Shown: piece by piece, positions 29,603 to 39,714 of the stretch
How positions within the stretch are numbered: position 1 is the stretch's first letter
Layout of the letters: the number at the start of each line of letters is the position of its first letter
Source: a bacterium
Lineage (GTDB): Bacteria; Patescibacteriota; Minisyncoccia; UBA6257; HR35
Direction: 5' to 3'
Length of the DNA: 64,000 nucleotides
NCBI GenBank assembly: GCA_041640295.1
Contig: JBEQAR010000003.1
Coordinates: forward strand, 6,489-70,488
Notes under the pieces: model-generated
The model's input: the letters and a program-made list of their open reading frames with translations, nothing else
What the model was told of the DNA's origin: nothing
The model's database searches: none
Made by a program: the position numbers and the translations under genes

Positions 29603-30850
29603 CTACATATTTTTGAGGATATATTTAAAAGCACTTAAGCTGGTTGAAATAATAAGATAATTTTTGTACATAGTCCAGATTAATTTGTAATTATTATCAA
29701 AGTAAGCAATTTTATAGTCTATCCCTTCATATGTCTCAGTAATAGTAAAGTTTCTAATTAGATTACCTTTTGGTAAACCAACAAAAATAGTTTCTTGCAA
29801 ATCCTTAATTAAACTTTCTTTATCCCATAATCTCATAAAGGGAACAACTTGCAAATCATCTTTTATTCTAAAAATTAAAATAGGAAATTTTCGGGTATGA
29901 GTATAATAAAACAAAATTTGATAATCGCCTAAAGATTGGAGAAAACTATCAACATATTTTTTTTCAATAAACGAAGGACGCAAAAAATAATTTTTTATAA
30001 ATTCCGAACTAATAGATTGATTTTGATATAAAAACTTAATATCGTAAATCTCACTTGCTCTTTTTTGAATTTTTATTAATGATAACCAGGATTTTTGAAA
30101 ACCTTCATCATTTAATTCTTTAACCTCTAACTCTAGGGAAGGAAAGTTTAAATAAGATAATCCTAAATTTGAATATTGATTAGTAATTTCATTAATTTTT
30201 GTTTCTAAAAATTGATTTTTGGTTGGCGAAGGAGGTTCAGATGATAATTCGGGTAAAGATGAAGTAGTTGTAGTAGCTGATCTAGTAGGCGGAGTTGTTG
30301 GCTTAGATGAAGTGGCAATACTTGAAGTTGTTTGAGTTGGTTGGGATAAAACATTTTGATTAGGAGTGATAAAAAAAATCTGATCTTCGCTGGTGGTAGA
30401 GATATTAGTGGTTGGTGACGAGCTGGTAGAAATAATATTAGAAGCTAATTGATTAGCAGAAGTTGTTTGAAATGACTCAGATGAAGTTGGCTGACTAACT
30501 GTTGGCGTAGTAATTTCAGAAGGAATAATTTGTGGAGTTTGGGTATTAAAAAATATTTGAAAAATATCCTGTTGAGCTTCTTGAACTTGAGCAACTTGTT
30601 GTTTTTTATTATTCCTTAAAAATACAAAATAAATGGTTATTATAATAATTAAAATAATAATTAAAGAAATTATTCCGACAAGGAAAAACTTAGGGAATCT
30701 CTTCGAAGGAATTTGTTGTTGATAATTAAAGATATTGGTAGGTGGAGGTGGACTTTTTTCTGGTTTTTTCTTAATTTCTTCTTGAAAAGGAGGATGTTTC
30801 TTTTCTTCGGGTTGATCCTTAATTATTTTAAATCTCAGATCTTCATTCAT
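29603..30850 (-). CDS. Single-pass membrane protein with an extracellular S/T/P-rich linker and a C-terminal globular domain
   Basis: Basic, Pro-rich cytoplasmic N-terminus, one TM helix (FLVGIISLIIILIIIITIYFVF), then a long Ser/Thr/Pro tract. Confidence 0.4.
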   Translation of the reverse strand: MNEDLRFKIIKDQPEEKKHPPFQEEIKKKPEKSPPPPTNIFNYQQQIPSKRFPKFFLVGIISLIIILIIIITIYFVFLRNNKKQQVAQVQEAQQDIFQIFFNTQTPQIIPSEITTPTVSQPTSSESFQTTSANQLASNIISTSSSPTTNISTTSEDQIFFITPNQNVLSQPTQTTSSIATSSKPTTPPTRSATTTTSSLPELSSEPPSPTKNQFLETKINEITNQYSNLGLSYLNFPSLELEVKELNDEGFQKSWLSLIKIQKRASEIYDIKFLYQNQSISSEFIKNYFLRPSFIEKKYVDSFLQSLGDYQILFYYTHTRKFPILIFRIKDDLQVVPFMRLWDKESLIKDLQETIFVGLPKGNLIRNFTITETYEGIDYKIAYFDNNYKLIWTMYKNYLIISTSLSAFKYILKNM

Positions 30851-32900
30851 TTTTTAATGAAACATAAATCCTTCCCTGATCATTGATTTGTTTAATTCTT
30901 ACCAATAATGACTGGTTAAGATTAAGATTATTAATTTGATTTTGAGGAATTTCGGAAATATGAAGCAGGGCGGTTTTATTTAATCCTAAATCAAGAATAT
31001 AACCAAAATCTAAAATTTTTATTATCTTACCCTCTACGATTTCTCCTTCATTAATTTCGTTAATAGCTAACTTAACTAAACTAATGGTTTTTTCGATAGC
31101 TGATTGGGTTGGCGCAGTTAAATAAACAACACCATCTGGTTTAATATCGATTTTAGCATTAGTTAGAGCAATAATTTCATTAATAACCCTACCACCTGGA
31201 CCAATCAATAAACCAATTTTATTAGGATCAATCTGAATAATCGTTGATCTAGGAACTGTTTCTTTAAGTTCTTTTCTTGGTTTATCAATCAATTCATTCA
31301 TTTTTTCTAAAATAAATAATCTAGCCTTTTTTGCTCTGTCGAGAGTTTGGGAAATAATATCAATATTCAATCCATCTATTTTTACATCTAATTGAATAGC
31401 AGTAACTCCCTGATCGGTACCGGCTACTTTAAAATCCATTCCACCCCAAAAATCTTCTGGACCTTGAATATCTGTTAATAATTCATAATTATCATCATCT
31501 TGATAAACAATACCAATACTAATTCCAGCACATTTGTTTTTAATAGGCACACCAGCATCTAATAAAGCTAAGGTTGTAGCACAAACACTACCCATTGATG
31601 TTGAACCATTAGATGATAAAACTTCGGAAACTGCCCTAATAGTATAAGGAAAAACCAATTCGTTCGGAATAAGATTTTTTAATGATTTCTCAACTAAATT
31701 TCCGTGACCAATTTCTCTTCTTGATGGTGCTCTTATTGGTCCGATTTCACCAATTGAAAATGGAGGAAAATTATAATGATGCATAAATCTTTTAATACCC
31801 TCAAATTCTATCTCTCTTATCCAAAGCTCTTCAGATAAAGAACCTAAGGTTATTGTTGATAAAATATGAGTTAAACCTCTTTTAAATAAAGCTGAACCAT
31901 GAACCCGAGGTAAAATATTGATTCCTAACTCTAATTTTCTTATCTCATCTAATTTTCTTCCATCTGGTCTAATTTTATCTTTTAATACTTTAGTTTGAAA
32001 TGTCTTTTTAATTTGTTCAATAACTCCTCGATAAACATAATTAAAATTTTCTATCTTTTCTTTTTCTTCTTCTAAAATTAAGAAAATTTCATCCAATCTG
32101 CTGTTTTCTTGCTGACTAAAAAGAATTTCTTCAATATCAAGATTGTATTTTTCTAAAAATTTTTGACCATAACTTAAATAATCAACTTTTTCTAACTCAA
32201 TGCTTTGAATGGAATTTTTAAATTGGCTTAAAGTTTGTTTAAGGTAATTTTTAAGAGAATTTATTTTATCGATAGCTATTTTACAACTATCAATAATTTC
32301 TTTCTCTGGAATTTCTTGACCTTCAAATTCAATCATATTAATTTTATTTTCTATACCTGAAACAAAAATAGTATAATCACTAAAGTTTCTTTCGCTTTCT
32401 CTTGGATACAAAACAAGCTTACCATTAATTTTAGAAATTTTTACTGGTATAATTGGACCAAGCCATTGATAGCCTAATAAATCAAAAGCAATTGACGAAC
32501 CAAAAACAGCTAAAATATCAGGGTCAAAATCTGGATCTAAAGACAAGATGGTATTAACAATTTGAATTTCATAATTAAAATCTTTAAGAGCTGGCCTTAA
32601 GCTACGATCGATCAATCTAGCATTTAAAATAGCTGTTTCGGAGGGTTTACCTTCTCGTCTAATAAAACGACTGCCATAAATTTTACCAGCTGCATAGTAT
32701 TTTTCATCATAATCAACAGTAAGGGGAATAAAATCAATATCTTCTTTTTGTTTACCAATAACAATAGTAGTTAAAACAACGCTATCTAAACACTTAGATA
32801 ATAGAGAAATATTTGCCCTCTCGGCCCAATCATTGATTTCGAACTCTATTTTTGTTTTATTATCTCGATTAAGTTCTAATTCAAACTTTTTTAAATTCAT
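30843..32900 (-). CDS. pnp: Polynucleotide phosphorylase
   Basis: Two RNase PH-like domains plus KH and S1 (GEIVEGKIIKILDFG). 685 aa. Downstream of rpsO. Confidence 0.9.
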   Translation of the reverse strand: MNLKKFELELNRDNKTKIEFEINDWAERANISLLSKCLDSVVLTTIVIGKQKEDIDFIPLTVDYDEKYYAAGKIYGSRFIRREGKPSETAILNARLIDRSLRPALKDFNYEIQIVNTILSLDPDFDPDILAVFGSSIAFDLLGYQWLGPIIPVKISKINGKLVLYPRESERNFSDYTIFVSGIENKINMIEFEGQEIPEKEIIDSCKIAIDKINSLKNYLKQTLSQFKNSIQSIELEKVDYLSYGQKFLEKYNLDIEEILFSQQENSRLDEIFLILEEEKEKIENFNYVYRGVIEQIKKTFQTKVLKDKIRPDGRKLDEIRKLELGINILPRVHGSALFKRGLTHILSTITLGSLSEELWIREIEFEGIKRFMHHYNFPPFSIGEIGPIRAPSRREIGHGNLVEKSLKNLIPNELVFPYTIRAVSEVLSSNGSTSMGSVCATTLALLDAGVPIKNKCAGISIGIVYQDDDNYELLTDIQGPEDFWGGMDFKVAGTDQGVTAIQLDVKIDGLNIDIISQTLDRAKKARLFILEKMNELIDKPRKELKETVPRSTIIQIDPNKIGLLIGPGGRVINEIIALTNAKIDIKPDGVVYLTAPTQSAIEKTISLVKLAINEINEGEIVEGKIIKILDFGYILDLGLNKTALLHISEIPQNQINNLNLNQSLLVRIKQINDQGRIYVSLKNE

Positions 32901-33406
32901 TTTTTAATTAAAATAAAATTTTTAATCTCATCTAAATCATAAAAATAATCAGCTGCTTCTTTCAGTCGAGAAGAAGTATTTCTGGAAAAACCTGCTACCT
33001 CAACAATATTCCCTTGATTTTTTAAATAATCAACTAAAGGCAAAAAATCACCATCACCAGTAACTAATACTATTGCATCAACAAATTTTGACATTCTAAT
33101 CGCATCAACAGCTATTCCGACATCCCAATCAGCCTTTTTTTCTCCTCCAGGAAGATGAATCATTTCTTTAATCCTTAATTCAATTCCCTTTTTAGTTAAT
33201 GTTTCGAAAAATGATATTTCTTTAGAACTGAAATCAGATTTAATCACATAAGCAATTGCTCTAATTAAATTTCGTTCATGGGTTAATATTTTCACCAGAT
33301 TACTGAAGTCAACTTTTTTGCCATAAAAATTTTTGGCTGAATGATAAATATTTTGAGTATCAATAAAAATAGCTACCCTCTGGGCACTATAAAGGAAGGA
33401 GTTCAT
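32897..33406 (-). CDS. NYN/LabA-like domain protein
   Basis: [17 protein letters not shown] ... [15 protein letters not shown], typical of the LabA/NYN family. Confidence 0.7.
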   Translation of the reverse strand: MNSFLYSAQRVAIFIDTQNIYHSAKNFYGKKVDFSNLVKILTHERNLIRAIAYVIKSDFSSKEISFFETLTKKGIELRIKEMIHLPGGEKKADWDVGIAVDAIRMSKFVDAIVLVTGDGDFLPLVDYLKNQGNIVEVAGFSRNTSSRLKEAADYFYDLDEIKNFILIKK

Positions 33407-33663
33407 ATTTTCAAATCTTTCTTTACTCTTTTATAGCTTTCAAATGAGGTTTTTTCTAAATATTTCAACAATTTTCTTCGGTGAACTACTTTTAAAATTA
33501 AACCTCGTTTAGAATTCACATCTTTAGGATTCTTTTTTAAATGTTCAGTTAAATTTAAAATTTCTGAAGTCAAAAGAGCTATTTGCACTTCTGGCGAACC
33601 AACATCTTTTTCGTGTCTTTGATGTTTTTTGATTATCTCTTGTTTTTGTTTTGTCCTCGCCAT
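33403..33663 (-). CDS. rpsO: 30S ribosomal protein S15
   Basis: [48 protein letters not shown]. Confidence 0.9.
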   Translation of the reverse strand: MARTKQKQEIIKKHQRHEKDVGSPEVQIALLTSEILNLTEHLKKNPKDVNSKRGLILKVVHRRKLLKYLEKTSFESYKRVKKDLKI

Positions 33664-34583
33664 ATTTTAATTTTAAAATATTATTTATGAAAAAACAAGA
33701 AAGAAAAAATGAAGCTAATAAATATATTTTAAAATTCCTAAAATATTTAGATATTGTTAAAGGAAGATCGCATAAAACGATTAAAGAATATGAACGAAAA
33801 TTAATTAAATTTTTCAACTGGGCTAATTGGCTTAGTCCTCAAAAAATAAATAAAGAAATTATTTGGCAATTCAGGGTTTATCTGAATGATCAAAAATTAG
33901 ATAAAAAAACGCAAGCTTATTATTTAATAACATTAAGAAATTTCTTAAAATTTTTAAAAAACGAGGGGTTAGATGTTATTGATCCGCTCCTAATTGAACT
34001 TCCTAAAGTAAAAAGAAAAGAAATAGAAATTTTAAGTGAAAAGGAGTTAAATAAATTTTTAAATAGTATTAATTTAGATAACCAGAACTTGAAATCTTTG
34101 CGAGATAAAGCTATTTTAGAATGTCTATTTAGTACTGGTTTACGAGTTTCAGAATTATGTAATTTAAATAGAGATATTGATTTAGAAAAAAGAGAAATAG
34201 TTGTTAAGGGTAAGGGAGACCAAATAAGATTAGTTTTTTTATCTCAACGAGCAGTAGAAGCTTTGAAAAATTATCTTCAAAAAAGAAATGATAACTTCCC
34301 TGCTCTTTTTATTTCTTTAGCTAAAAATAGTTTTGGTAAAAGAATTACCCCGCGTTCAATTCAAAAAATTATTAAATATTATGCTCAAAAAACAGGTTTA
34401 ACTAAAAATGTTCATCCTCACTCTCTTCGTCACCAATTAGCTACAACCTTAATTGCTAAAGGAGTTGATATTAGATTAGTTCAAGAACTTTTAGGTCATA
34501 AAAGTATTTCAACAACTCAAATTTATACTCATATTACTAAACCGAAATTAAAGGAAATCTTTGAGAAATATATAGATAAATAA
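33651..34583 (+). CDS. Tyrosine recombinase, XerC/XerD-like
   Basis: C-terminal [38 protein letters not shown] (the R...H..R...Y catalytic box). N-terminal SAM-like domain. Confidence 0.8.
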   Translation: MSSPYFNFKILFMKKQERKNEANKYILKFLKYLDIVKGRSHKTIKEYERKLIKFFNWANWLSPQKINKEIIWQFRVYLNDQKLDKKTQAYYLITLRNFLKFLKNEGLDVIDPLLIELPKVKRKEIEILSEKELNKFLNSINLDNQNLKSLRDKAILECLFSTGLRVSELCNLNRDIDLEKREIVVKGKGDQIRLVFLSQRAVEALKNYLQKRNDNFPALFISLAKNSFGKRITPRSIQKIIKYYAQKTGLTKNVHPHSLRHQLATTLIAKGVDIRLVQELLGHKSISTTQIYTHITKPKLKEIFEKYIDK

Positions 34584-34640
34584 TCTTAGAAATACTCGGA
34601 ATTTTTTAATTCATCAAAAAAAATTGAAATTACCTAATTT

Positions 34641-35792
34641 TTATTTCGCTTGTTTAGTAGTTAAAATAAAGAGGGTGATAATGATCACAAATGCTGCGCC
34701 TAATCCCAACCAGGGAAGCCAAGGATAGCGTTCTATTATTCGACTCTCTTCAGCATCACAAGCATCACCAAGGCCATCTGAATCTGTGTCTAATTGGTTT
34801 TGATTAGGATAGTTAGGACAATTATCTTGAGAATTTATTATTCCATCCTGATCAAAATCATCACAAGCATCACCTCGATTATTATTATTAATATCTTTTT
34901 GATCTGGATTATAAATCGTTACACAATTATCATAAATATTTGGAATTTTATCATTATCGGTATCGGCAATAATGTATTTAGGATTATCTCGGGAAGAAAT
35001 TGTTCTTGAAATTATTAAAACCTCTTTCGCTGAAGCCAAATTACCGCTTTCTCCAGTAGGAATATTTACTGATCTATCTGGATTAAAATAAACTCGATAA
35101 GAATGATTGGGTTGAGCTAAAAATCTAACAGCTTGAATATTAACTTTGGTAGCATTATCTTGATTCAATTTTATTTCAGTAATCCGTAGGGGTTGACTAT
35201 AGTAAAAAGTAATTTGCCAATTATCAGAGGTAGTTTGAGGAAAACGAATTGTAAGACCAAGCATTTTTTGTTTAGCAACTACAATTCGACTTTGTCCATT
35301 TACTAAAGCACGAATTTCAATAGAATTTGGTAAAGCAACATTATTATCAAGAAGAATGGTTAACATTGAAGAAGTAATTGGCAATGAACTAGATAAAATA
35401 ATTTGTGCTTGACCTTCACCGTTTTCTGGTAAAAGGAATTCTGTATAAGTTTTTATATTTTTATCTATCATATTATTAACATCAGACACATTAGGTACTG
35501 TACTAACTGAAACAGGGGTCTCATTTATCAATATTTCTTGTTTAAAATAATACGGCACGAAAGAATTCGCCGTTTTATCTAAAACAGCAAATTGAGGAAG
35601 TTCAATAAAATCTTTTTCAAAAGGAACTTCAATAACGGTTGGAACTTTTATTGATAAACTATCTATATCTTTATAAAAACGAAAAGCGCTGATAATTGAA
35701 TCATAATCAATGTTTTGTGAACTAACAAAGGAAACTAAAAATAAAAGTAAAAATATGCTAGCGATTAAATTAAGGCTAAAATTTTTATTCAT
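34641..35792 (-). CDS. Secreted, C-terminally membrane-anchored protein with thrombospondin type 3-like Ca-binding repeats
   Basis: Signal peptide. DTDNDKIPNIYDNC..NPDQKD...GDACDDFDQDGIINSQDNCPNYPNQNQLDTDSDGLGDACD repeats. C-terminal TM helix. Confidence 0.55.
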   Translation of the reverse strand: MNKNFSLNLIASIFLLLFLVSFVSSQNIDYDSIISAFRFYKDIDSLSIKVPTVIEVPFEKDFIELPQFAVLDKTANSFVPYYFKQEILINETPVSVSTVPNVSDVNNMIDKNIKTYTEFLLPENGEGQAQIILSSSLPITSSMLTILLDNNVALPNSIEIRALVNGQSRIVVAKQKMLGLTIRFPQTTSDNWQITFYYSQPLRITEIKLNQDNATKVNIQAVRFLAQPNHSYRVYFNPDRSVNIPTGESGNLASAKEVLIISRTISSRDNPKYIIADTDNDKIPNIYDNCVTIYNPDQKDINNNNRGDACDDFDQDGIINSQDNCPNYPNQNQLDTDSDGLGDACDAEESRIIERYPWLPWLGLGAAFVIIITLFILTTKQAK

Positions 35793-37713
35793 TATTCGAA
35801 CTATTTTCTAATATTAGTTTCTTCTTTGGTTTAATAAACACTGTGCTCATTAACAAAGCACCAATGAGAAAGAAAGTAATTATTCGAGCAGTAAGATTCA
35901 TATACCAAACATCAACAAAAAGTAATCTTAAAACAACAATTCCCACCAGTGCGCCACCATAACGTCTAAAACCATTTTGATTATTAGTAAAACCATAAAG
36001 ATAAGCAATAATACCTATTATCGTATAAATAGTAAGAGAAATAAGAACGGCAATATTGTCATCTCTCAATAAAGAATGTAGTGATAACCATAAAATACTA
36101 TAAAAATATATTGATCCCAATATTAATAATGATGAAGTAATGTGCCAAAAATAAGAGTCAGCAATTTGTAGTTTATTAAGATAGCGCCAGAACAGTAAAC
36201 CTAAACCAATAAGAGTTAAACCTAAAATAAGAAGAGTAAAAAAATCGTTGTGAAGTATTCCGCTTTCCCAATTAGAAGAATAAAAACTCTCAATAGATAA
36301 AAATATAGGTAATATTAAGAGCTGACTAATTCTTATAGAAATTTTTATATCTTGTAATAAAAGATAAGCAATAATTGGGATTATTCCAGTTTCAGCTATA
36401 TAAGCAATTGTCAAGGTTGGACCACTTAATTCAGAGGCTGTAGCTGCTAGTAGTAATCCTAAACCTACTCCACCATAAACATAAAATGGTTCTCTTCTTT
36501 TGGTAATTTTGAATATAATAAAGCCTCCAACAGTAAATACAACTATCCAAAAAGAAAGCGATAAACTTACCCATTCGTCTTTCACGGCTGATAATGTCCA
36601 AAAAAGCAAAAATAAACCATTACCTCCCGCTGTTATTAAATCGGCAACAATTTTTTTATTTTCTTTTAGCTTAAGGATCCCTGTAGTATTAGTTATAAAA
36701 AATAAAATAGCAAAAGCATAAGCAAATGGGAGTAATTTGGAAATATTTGATTCAAAAAAGTAAGGTAAGCTGTAAAGAAAAATAATAATCAAAGAAACAA
36801 AAGTAAGTTCTCTTTGTCCTGTTAAAAAAACAATCCAAATTGCTCCCAAAATAACAACAAATAAATAAGCGAAAAGGCTGGTACCAACTTGTTCGCCTCC
36901 TGGAGAATTGGTTAATAAAGGAGCAATACTTGCTAATATTAAACTGGAAATTGAAAGGGGGCGACTATTATACTGAACGCTAACAAAAGCAACAAATGCT
37001 GTGCTTAAAAACATAATCATCAGAGCTGAAATGGGATTGAAGAAATTATAAAATATTCGTGCTGCAAAAATTGTTAATAAGATTGTTGTTGAACCAAGAA
37101 CTAAAAAAACACTACCTTGAGTAAGATAATTTTTAATTCTCCAATGGCCAATTAACATAAACAAACAACCAAGAATAATTCCCAATGTAATACGTCCCGC
37201 TGGTCCAATCCAGTTATTAAGAAAAGCATAGGTGGTAAACCACCCCAAACCAATAAGTAATAACAAAGCACCAAGTTTAAGTAACCATTCTTCTTTTAAC
37301 CATTTAATAAAATTAGAAAATAACGATGGCGGTAAGCTTGGTTCTTCTGATATTTGAGTAAAGAGTATATTAAATATTTTTTCTATATCAGATTCTAATA
37401 AACCATTAGCTAAAAGCAGTTTCTTAATTTCTTCTCTATCAACACCTTGATTAATCTGTTGTTTAATATAATCAATTAATGGCTGAAAGTTTTCCAATTT
37501 CTGATCAATTTGGTTTTCTGGTTGGTAATTTAACTCTGATTCTGTTTGAATATTAATAGATTCCTCAAGATTATCCAATCTTTCTTCTAACCTTTTAATT
37601 CTAGCCCGAATATTTACTATAGAAACAATAATTGAAACTCCAATTAAAAATAAAAATAAGATTAAAAAATCCATAATGCTATTAAATAAGCTTAAATTAA
37701 AAAATTTTATCAC
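35785..37713 (-). CDS. Large polytopic membrane protein with an N-terminal coiled-coil segment (DUF2339-like architecture)
   Basis: N-terminal TM, coiled coil (RIKRLEERLDNLEE), then at least 12 hydrophobic helices. 642 aa. Confidence 0.4.
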   Translation of the reverse strand: MIKFFNLSLFNSIMDFLILFLFLIGVSIIVSIVNIRARIKRLEERLDNLEESINIQTESELNYQPENQIDQKLENFQPLIDYIKQQINQGVDREEIKKLLLANGLLESDIEKIFNILFTQISEEPSLPPSLFSNFIKWLKEEWLLKLGALLLLIGLGWFTTYAFLNNWIGPAGRITLGIILGCLFMLIGHWRIKNYLTQGSVFLVLGSTTILLTIFAARIFYNFFNPISALMIMFLSTAFVAFVSVQYNSRPLSISSLILASIAPLLTNSPGGEQVGTSLFAYLFVVILGAIWIVFLTGQRELTFVSLIIIFLYSLPYFFESNISKLLPFAYAFAILFFITNTTGILKLKENKKIVADLITAGGNGLFLLFWTLSAVKDEWVSLSLSFWIVVFTVGGFIIFKITKRREPFYVYGGVGLGLLLAATASELSGPTLTIAYIAETGIIPIIAYLLLQDIKISIRISQLLILPIFLSIESFYSSNWESGILHNDFFTLLILGLTLIGLGLLFWRYLNKLQIADSYFWHITSSLLILGSIYFYSILWLSLHSLLRDDNIAVLISLTIYTIIGIIAYLYGFTNNQNGFRRYGGALVGIVVLRLLFVDVWYMNLTARIITFFLIGALLMSTVFIKPKKKLILENSSNNE

Positions 37714-37763
37714 TAATAATTAAAATTACTAACAAAAATGTGGAAAAAAGAAAAATTTTTAGT

Positions 37764-37834
37764 GGGCAATGCAGGAATCGAACCTGCAACCTCTTGCTTG
37801 TGATGCAAGCGCTCTACCATTGAGCTAATTGCCC
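37764..37834 (-). tRNA. tRNA-Val (anticodon CAC)
   Basis: Reverse complement: GGGCAAT-TA-GCTC-AATGGTA-GAGC ... cttgc-atCACaa-gcaag ... GCAGG-TTCGATT-CCTGC-ATTGCCC-A. Confidence 0.75.
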
Positions 37835-37888
37835 TTGATTTTTAAATTTATCTAAATTATAATTATAAATCTTAGTCTAAGAAGTGAG

Positions 37889-38446
37889 GTGTGTAAAATC
37901 CATAAATCCTCACCAGACCTAAAGATGAAAAAAAGAGAAAAAAAACAAAAAATTATTGAAGAATTGAAAAATTTATTTTCTCAGTATGAAAATATTTTTT
38001 TTATTAGTTTAAAAAATTTAAAAGTTAATCATTTAAACAAATTAAAAAAGGAATTATCTTTATTAAATTCAAAATTAAAGGTGGCTAAAAAAACATTAAT
38101 AGAAATTGCTAATCAAAACATTGCTGAGATTTTAAAAAATCCAATTTTTAAAATACCTACTGGTATTATTTTTTCTAACCGAAATATTGATTTAGAAATT
38201 ATCAACCTACTCGATAAATATAAAAATGAATTGAAGTTGGAAATTATTGGTGGATATTTAAATAATAGCTTTTATAGTAGTGAACAAGTTTTACCTTTAG
38301 CAAAATTTAAAAATAAAGATCTTATTTATTACAATTTGGTTAGCAATCTTAAAAATAATTTAATCAAATTAGTTTTTACTTTGAAACATCCTTTAATTAA
38401 ATTTAATTCGGTCGTAAATAACATTAAACATAAAAATGCCAGATAA
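37889..38446 (+). CDS. rplJ: 50S ribosomal protein L10. The likely true start is the internal Met at about 37925 (MKKREKK...).
   Basis: Sits upstream of rplL and overlaps it. The sequence fits the L10 pattern (...LKVNHLNKLKKEL...LKVAKKTLIEIA). Confidence 0.7.
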   Translation: MCKIHKSSPDLKMKKREKKQKIIEELKNLFSQYENIFFISLKNLKVNHLNKLKKELSLLNSKLKVAKKTLIEIANQNIAEILKNPIFKIPTGIIFSNRNIDLEIINLLDKYKNELKLEIIGGYLNNSFYSSEQVLPLAKFKNKDLIYYNLVSNLKNNLIKLVFTLKHPLIKFNSVVNNIKHKNAR

Positions 38447-38819
38447 AATAAAAGAAATTATCGAGAAAATTGAAAATCTAACTGTAATAGAATTAAATGA
38501 ATTAATAAAGCAATTGGAGGAAAAATTTGGTGTGGCTAATATGCCAATGTTTGTAGCTGGGGCTGGAACTGCACCAAGTCAAAGTCAAGAAACTGAAGCC
38601 AGTCCATCAAAAGTCAATGTTATTTTAACTGATGCTGGGGCGAATAAAATTCAAGTTATTAAAGCCTTAAGGGAAATCAATCCCCAATTAGGCTTAAAAG
38701 AGGCAAAAGAGTTTGTTGATAATCCTCCTCAAACTATTAAAGAAAATATCAGCCCCGAAGAAGCTAATAAAATAAAAGAAAAAATTGAATCTGCTGGTGG
38801 AAAGGTTGAAATAAAATAA
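38436..38819 (+). CDS. rplL: 50S ribosomal protein L7/L12
   Basis: KIQVIKALREINPQLGLKEAKEFVD...ISPEEANKIKEKIESAGGKVEIK C-terminal domain, with an Ala/Gly hinge. Confidence 0.9.
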   Translation: MPDKIKEIIEKIENLTVIELNELIKQLEEKFGVANMPMFVAGAGTAPSQSQETEASPSKVNVILTDAGANKIQVIKALREINPQLGLKEAKEFVDNPPQTIKENISPEEANKIKEKIESAGGKVEIK

Positions 38820-38894
38820 AAAATAATTTAAAATATTAAAATCGAATAAGAAATCAAATTTATGGTCGAATTAAATATTTAGTTATTATAAAAA

Positions 38895-39158
38895 ATGGAA
38901 AAAAACAAAAATGTACTAACAATAGTTGTCGTTTTAGTAGTTTTAATTGTTGTTGGTGTTTTAGCTTGGTGGTATACTAAACAAAGAGGATCAGTAACAG
39001 CACCCACAGGTCCTGCTCCAACAGAAAATGTTGAACCAACTCCAGCTGTTCCAGAAGTACCACCAGTACCTACGCAACCTGAAGTTCCAGCAACACCACC
39101 TGCTGGAGAATCAACAGAAACACCAACAGGTAACGTACCAAATCCTACAGGCGAATAA
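38895..39158 (+). CDS. Small N-terminally membrane-anchored Pro/Thr-rich protein
   Basis: TM helix LTIVVVLVVLIVVGVLAWWY followed by a P/T/E-rich tail. Followed directly by a strong terminator. Confidence 0.4.
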   Translation: MEKNKNVLTIVVVLVVLIVVGVLAWWYTKQRGSVTAPTGPAPTENVEPTPAVPEVPPVPTQPEVPATPPAGESTETPTGNVPNPTGE

Positions 39159-39185
39159 TTTTTATTATTATTTTATTTAAATTGA

Positions 39186-39219
39186 AAAGCCTCCCGATAG
39201 CGGGAGGCTTTTCAATTTT
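39186..39219 (+). terminator. Rho-independent terminator. It is palindromic, so it could act for both convergent units.
   Basis: aaagcctcccg-atag-cgggaggcttt, followed by a T-rich tract (ttcaatttta). Confidence 0.7.
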
Positions 39220-39230
39220 ATTTTAATATT

Positions 39231-39302
39231 TGGCCCCAAGGGGAATCGAACCCCTATTTCCACCTTGAAAGAGTGGTGTCCTAGCCGTTAGACGATGGGG
39301 CC
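39231..39302 (-). tRNA. tRNA-Glu (anticodon TTC)
   Basis: Reverse complement: GGCCCCA ... ccact-ctTTCaa-ggtgg ... AGGGG-TTCGATT-CCCCT-TGGGGCC-A. Confidence 0.8.
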
Positions 39303-39320
39303 ATTTGATTAAAAATTAAT

Positions 39321-39392
39321 AGGCACGGGTGGGATTCGAACCCACGTTTAACGGTTTTGCAGACCGTTTCCTAACCTCTCGGACACCGTGCC
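39321..39392 (-). tRNA. tRNA-Cys (anticodon GCA)
   Basis: Reverse complement: GGCACGG ... acggt-ctGCAaa-accgt ... GTGGG-TTCGAAT-CCCAC-CCGTGCC-T. Confidence 0.8.
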
Positions 39393-39710
39393 TTATTTTA
39401 AAATTTTATCAATATTTTGCATAAATCTCAACCCCGGATCATATCTAAAAAAAATTTTTTTAGGAATATATTTTAAGATTTTTAACTTATTAATAGCTTT
39501 TTTAATTTTAATAGTTTCTTTTCTTAAAAGATTAATAACTTCATCTTTTTTTTCATCAGGAAAAATACTTAAATAAATAAACATATCTCCCTTTTTTGTA
39601 GGCAAATTAATATCTAAAACAGAAAAAATTATCTTGGGATCATCAATAACATCTCTCAGTACTAAAGATAAGTTTTTAATAACTTCTTTCTTTTTTCTAT
39701 CTTGTTTCAT
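39393..39710 (-). CDS. rbfA: Ribosome-binding factor A
   Basis: Position immediately downstream of infB. The pattern ...FSVLDINLPTKKGDMFIYLSIF resembles the RbfA core (V.VS.DL..A.VY.S). 105 aa. Confidence 0.55.
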   Translation of the reverse strand: MKQDRKKKEVIKNLSLVLRDVIDDPKIIFSVLDINLPTKKGDMFIYLSIFPDEKKDEVINLLRKETIKIKKAINKLKILKYIPKKIFFRYDPGLRFMQNIDKILK

Positions 39711-39714
39711 TAAT

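Noticed and set aside
33545-33817. 90-aa minus-strand ORF spanning the rpsO / xerC junction
   Set aside because: Overlaps two well-supported genes (S15 and the recombinase start).
33651-34583. Tyrosine recombinase as marker of an integrated mobile element
   Set aside because: No flanking repeats, phage or plasmid genes or att-like tRNA duplication nearby. Divergent placement next to rpsO-pnp and XerC/D-like motifs favour the chromosome dimer resolution recombinase.
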